Shown here: positions 16,125-17,656 of the stretch, piece by piece
Position numbering within the stretch: position 1 is the stretch's first letter
Layout: each line of letters opens with the position of its first letter
NCBI GenBank assembly: GCA_038883795.1
Contig: JAVZLK010000033.1
Location: 1 to 17,656 of the forward strand
Direction of reading: 5' to 3'
Source: Candidatus Bathyarchaeia archaeon
GTDB taxonomy: Archaea; Thermoproteota; Bathyarchaeia; Bathyarchaeales; Bathycorpusculaceae
Length of the DNA stretch: 17,656 bases
Position numbers and translations under genes: made by a program
The notes under the pieces: generated by a model
Database searches by the model: none
Told to the model about the DNA's origin: nothing
Seen by the model: the letters and a program-made list of their open reading frames with translations, nothing else

Positions 16125-16279
16125 TCATTTTTTGAGACCTCATTTCTGCGAAAACAATGATCATGAAGCCCTCACTTTGGGAGCCTTCATAAACCTACTT
16201 TACAGAAGAGCAAAAGAAAATGTAAAAGCCATTACCATGTCTTTTAGGAGAGAAGCATGGATAGAATAATCCGCCTTTT

Positions 16280-16479
16280 CTAGGCTTCCTTCTCCAGCCG
16301 CTCCAGCGTTTCCATAAACTTCTCATGGAACCCTTCATCTTAACAAAATATTCTGGCTTTCCAGTTTCATCAAAATTTGTGGCTGCAGACAAGCACTCGT
16401 CAATGAGTTGCCTAAGCTTAATTCTATATTCCTCAGTCAACCTTGCAACTACGCTTTTCGCTTTTTCCAAAATATCCAT
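16280..16479 (-). pseudogene. Small helical protein gene with probable single-base frameshift
   Basis: MDILEKAK...FVKMKGSM continues in a shifted frame as (E)KFMETLERLEKEA* (TAG at 16282-16280); the unshifted tail to 16195 is Trp/Arg-rich and unnatural. Confidence 0.5.
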
Positions 16480-16603
16480 CTAACATCCACATCAAAAAGG
16501 TTGGTATAAAACAAAAACTTTTCTCATTTTTATCATGAACAATTTCGAAAAACAATAAATTTTTAATCCATACTGGAGAAATATAAAAATAAGATTCCGC
16601 AAA

Positions 16604-16912
16604 ATGCTTCACACGCTATTAGATGTTTTAAGTCAGGAACCACCAACTCCAACAACGAATGACACCACAGACATCCTACCAAGCCCAATAATCTTCATAG
16701 CCATCGCCATAATCATTGCTGAGGTGATTGCATGGAAGTATAAGGCTTACCTCCAATTTGCCGCAATAACCTGCGCAACAGTCGGAGGCTTCATAATCGG
16801 GCTAATTTTAACCCCGCCATACGCCAACATCGGATTAGGAACAATGACATCACTAGCCGCACTGTTTCTCTCAACAGCAATAATCATCATAATAAAACTT
16901 GCAAGAAAGTAG
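16604..16912 (+). CDS. Small hypothetical membrane protein (three TM helices)
   Basis: 102-aa ORF with a Pro/Thr-rich N-terminus, three hydrophobic segments and a basic C-terminus. Confidence 0.7.
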   Translation: MLHTLLDVLSQEPPTPTTNDTTDILPSPIIFIAIAIIIAEVIAWKYKAYLQFAAITCATVGGFIIGLILTPPYANIGLGTMTSLAALFLSTAIIIIIKLARK

Positions 16913-16998
16913 AAAGTAAAAACGCTATAAAACGCTTCAACACTCAAGTAAAAACCACCAGAATAAAATTATCATAACGTCAGTGCAAGGCGACTTAT

Positions 16999-17035
16999 GT
17001 AGCGATCGCTACGCTTTTTCGTTGAATGAAAAAGC
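16999..17035. repeat. Two abutting inverted repeats between convergent genes
   Basis: Perfect palindrome GTAGCGATCGCTAC (16999-17012) followed by GCTTTTTC-N7-GAAAAAGC (17013-17035). Confidence 0.6.
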
Positions 17036-17071
17036 TTTGCACTTTCACCAATTTTCTTTCATGTCTCAAAA

Positions 17072-17656
17072 TCAAGTTCGTTCCATCCAATCGCTGTTCA
17101 TTACGTAGTACATGTCTGTTTGTGTGAATATTAGGTTGAAGATTATGTTGGCGAGGGTTTCTGGACTTGCTGAGTTCCAGAGCCTTTGCCAAATTATTGT
17201 TCCGAGGCGTGGGTCTCTGGGAAAGTATATGAGGAAAACGTTTTTGGACCAATTAAATAGGAAGTCATCTCTCTGCTTGTCCGGCCGCTTAAAAAACTTA
17301 AACGTCTTAATAAGAAACGGCAAGTTAAGACCAAGATCTGAATACTCATTATCCAAATCCAAAATTATTTCATCCATATCCTGCCAACTCGCCTTACGAA
17401 CATTCATCTTCAAATCCCACCAAGATTTACTGAACAAAAACACCCAAAGCCGCTTATACGTATTCTCAAACCAGAAAACCTCCACCTCACATGGACGACT
17501 CAAACACATCTCCCTCTGATACCTTCCAAAAATAAATACCGATTTCCCCTTCAACTCAACCTCCCGCCTATAAGCCTCAACAAACTCACGCACATACTGA
17601 CCCATGCCCATCCACGTAAAATCTTCCTTAACCAAACCAACAACACCCTCCAACAA
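17072..17656 (-). CDS. Hypothetical protein, probably the 3' part of a gene starting beyond the window
   Basis: Open for 194 codons from the window edge to TGA at 17074-17072; no recognised motif. Confidence 0.6.
   Translation of the reverse strand: MLEGVVGLVKEDFTWMGMGQYVREFVEAYRREVELKGKSVFIFGRYQREMCLSRPCEVEVFWFENTYKRLWVFLFSKSWWDLKMNVRKASWQDMDEIILDLDNEYSDLGLNLPFLIKTFKFFKRPDKQRDDFLFNWSKNVFLIYFPRDPRLGTIIWQRLWNSASPETLANIIFNLIFTQTDMYYVMNSDWMERT

Larger units (their letters stand above)
8191..17656 (+). mobile_element. Putative integrated element at tRNA-Arg (distal boundary not found)
   Basis: Intact integrase abutting the tRNA 3' end; cargo of surface protein, antitoxin-like fusion, nuclease and decayed ORFs; no housekeeping genes. 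Confidence 0.45.

Noticed and set aside
15059-17519. ORFs 15059-15313, 15488-15673, 16747-16947, 16995-17252 and 17112-17519
   Set aside because: They overlap better-supported ORFs and lack protein-like features.
1-17656. Distal att direct repeats of the tRNA-Ile or tRNA-Arg 3' halves
   Set aside because: Searched by eye for GGTTCAAATCC plus acceptor-strand copies on both strands; none found outside the tRNAs, so island ends cannot be called.
1-17656. CRISPR array, cas genes, IS transposase, reverse transcriptase or viral structural genes
   Set aside because: No regularly spaced repeats or recognisable motifs seen.

Overview
Archaeal accessory region, probably Bathyarchaeia (inferred from TATA/BRE promoters, GGTGA-type ribosome-binding sites, PEF and PVGG C-terminal sorting signals, and integrase style). 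The centre is mirror-symmetric: two back-to-back intronless tRNA genes, tRNA-Ile(GAT) on - and tRNA-Arg(TCG) on +. Each is followed about 60 nt past its 3' end by an intact, paralogous tyrosine integrase pointing outward, suggesting two islands integrated at neighbouring tRNAs; no distal att copies were found in the window. The left arm holds a Trypco2-like protein, an Lrp/AsnC regulator, and a three-gene operon whose two secreted products share an N-terminal strand, LVSYTA(S/T)VTITP (candidate donor-strand surface fibre with a three-repeat tip protein). It also holds a propeptide-less PEF-CTERM subtilase, a decayed integrase tail and a membrane-anchored split DnaJ-type zinc-finger protein. 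The right arm holds a 1403-aa surface protein with a Cys-His-Asp papain-like domain, an RHH/CcdA-like fusion to a degenerate ABC ATPase, a PD-(D/E)xK nuclease, small hypothetical or decayed genes and a GC-rich branched hairpin. All family calls come from motif recognition by eye; no searches were run.
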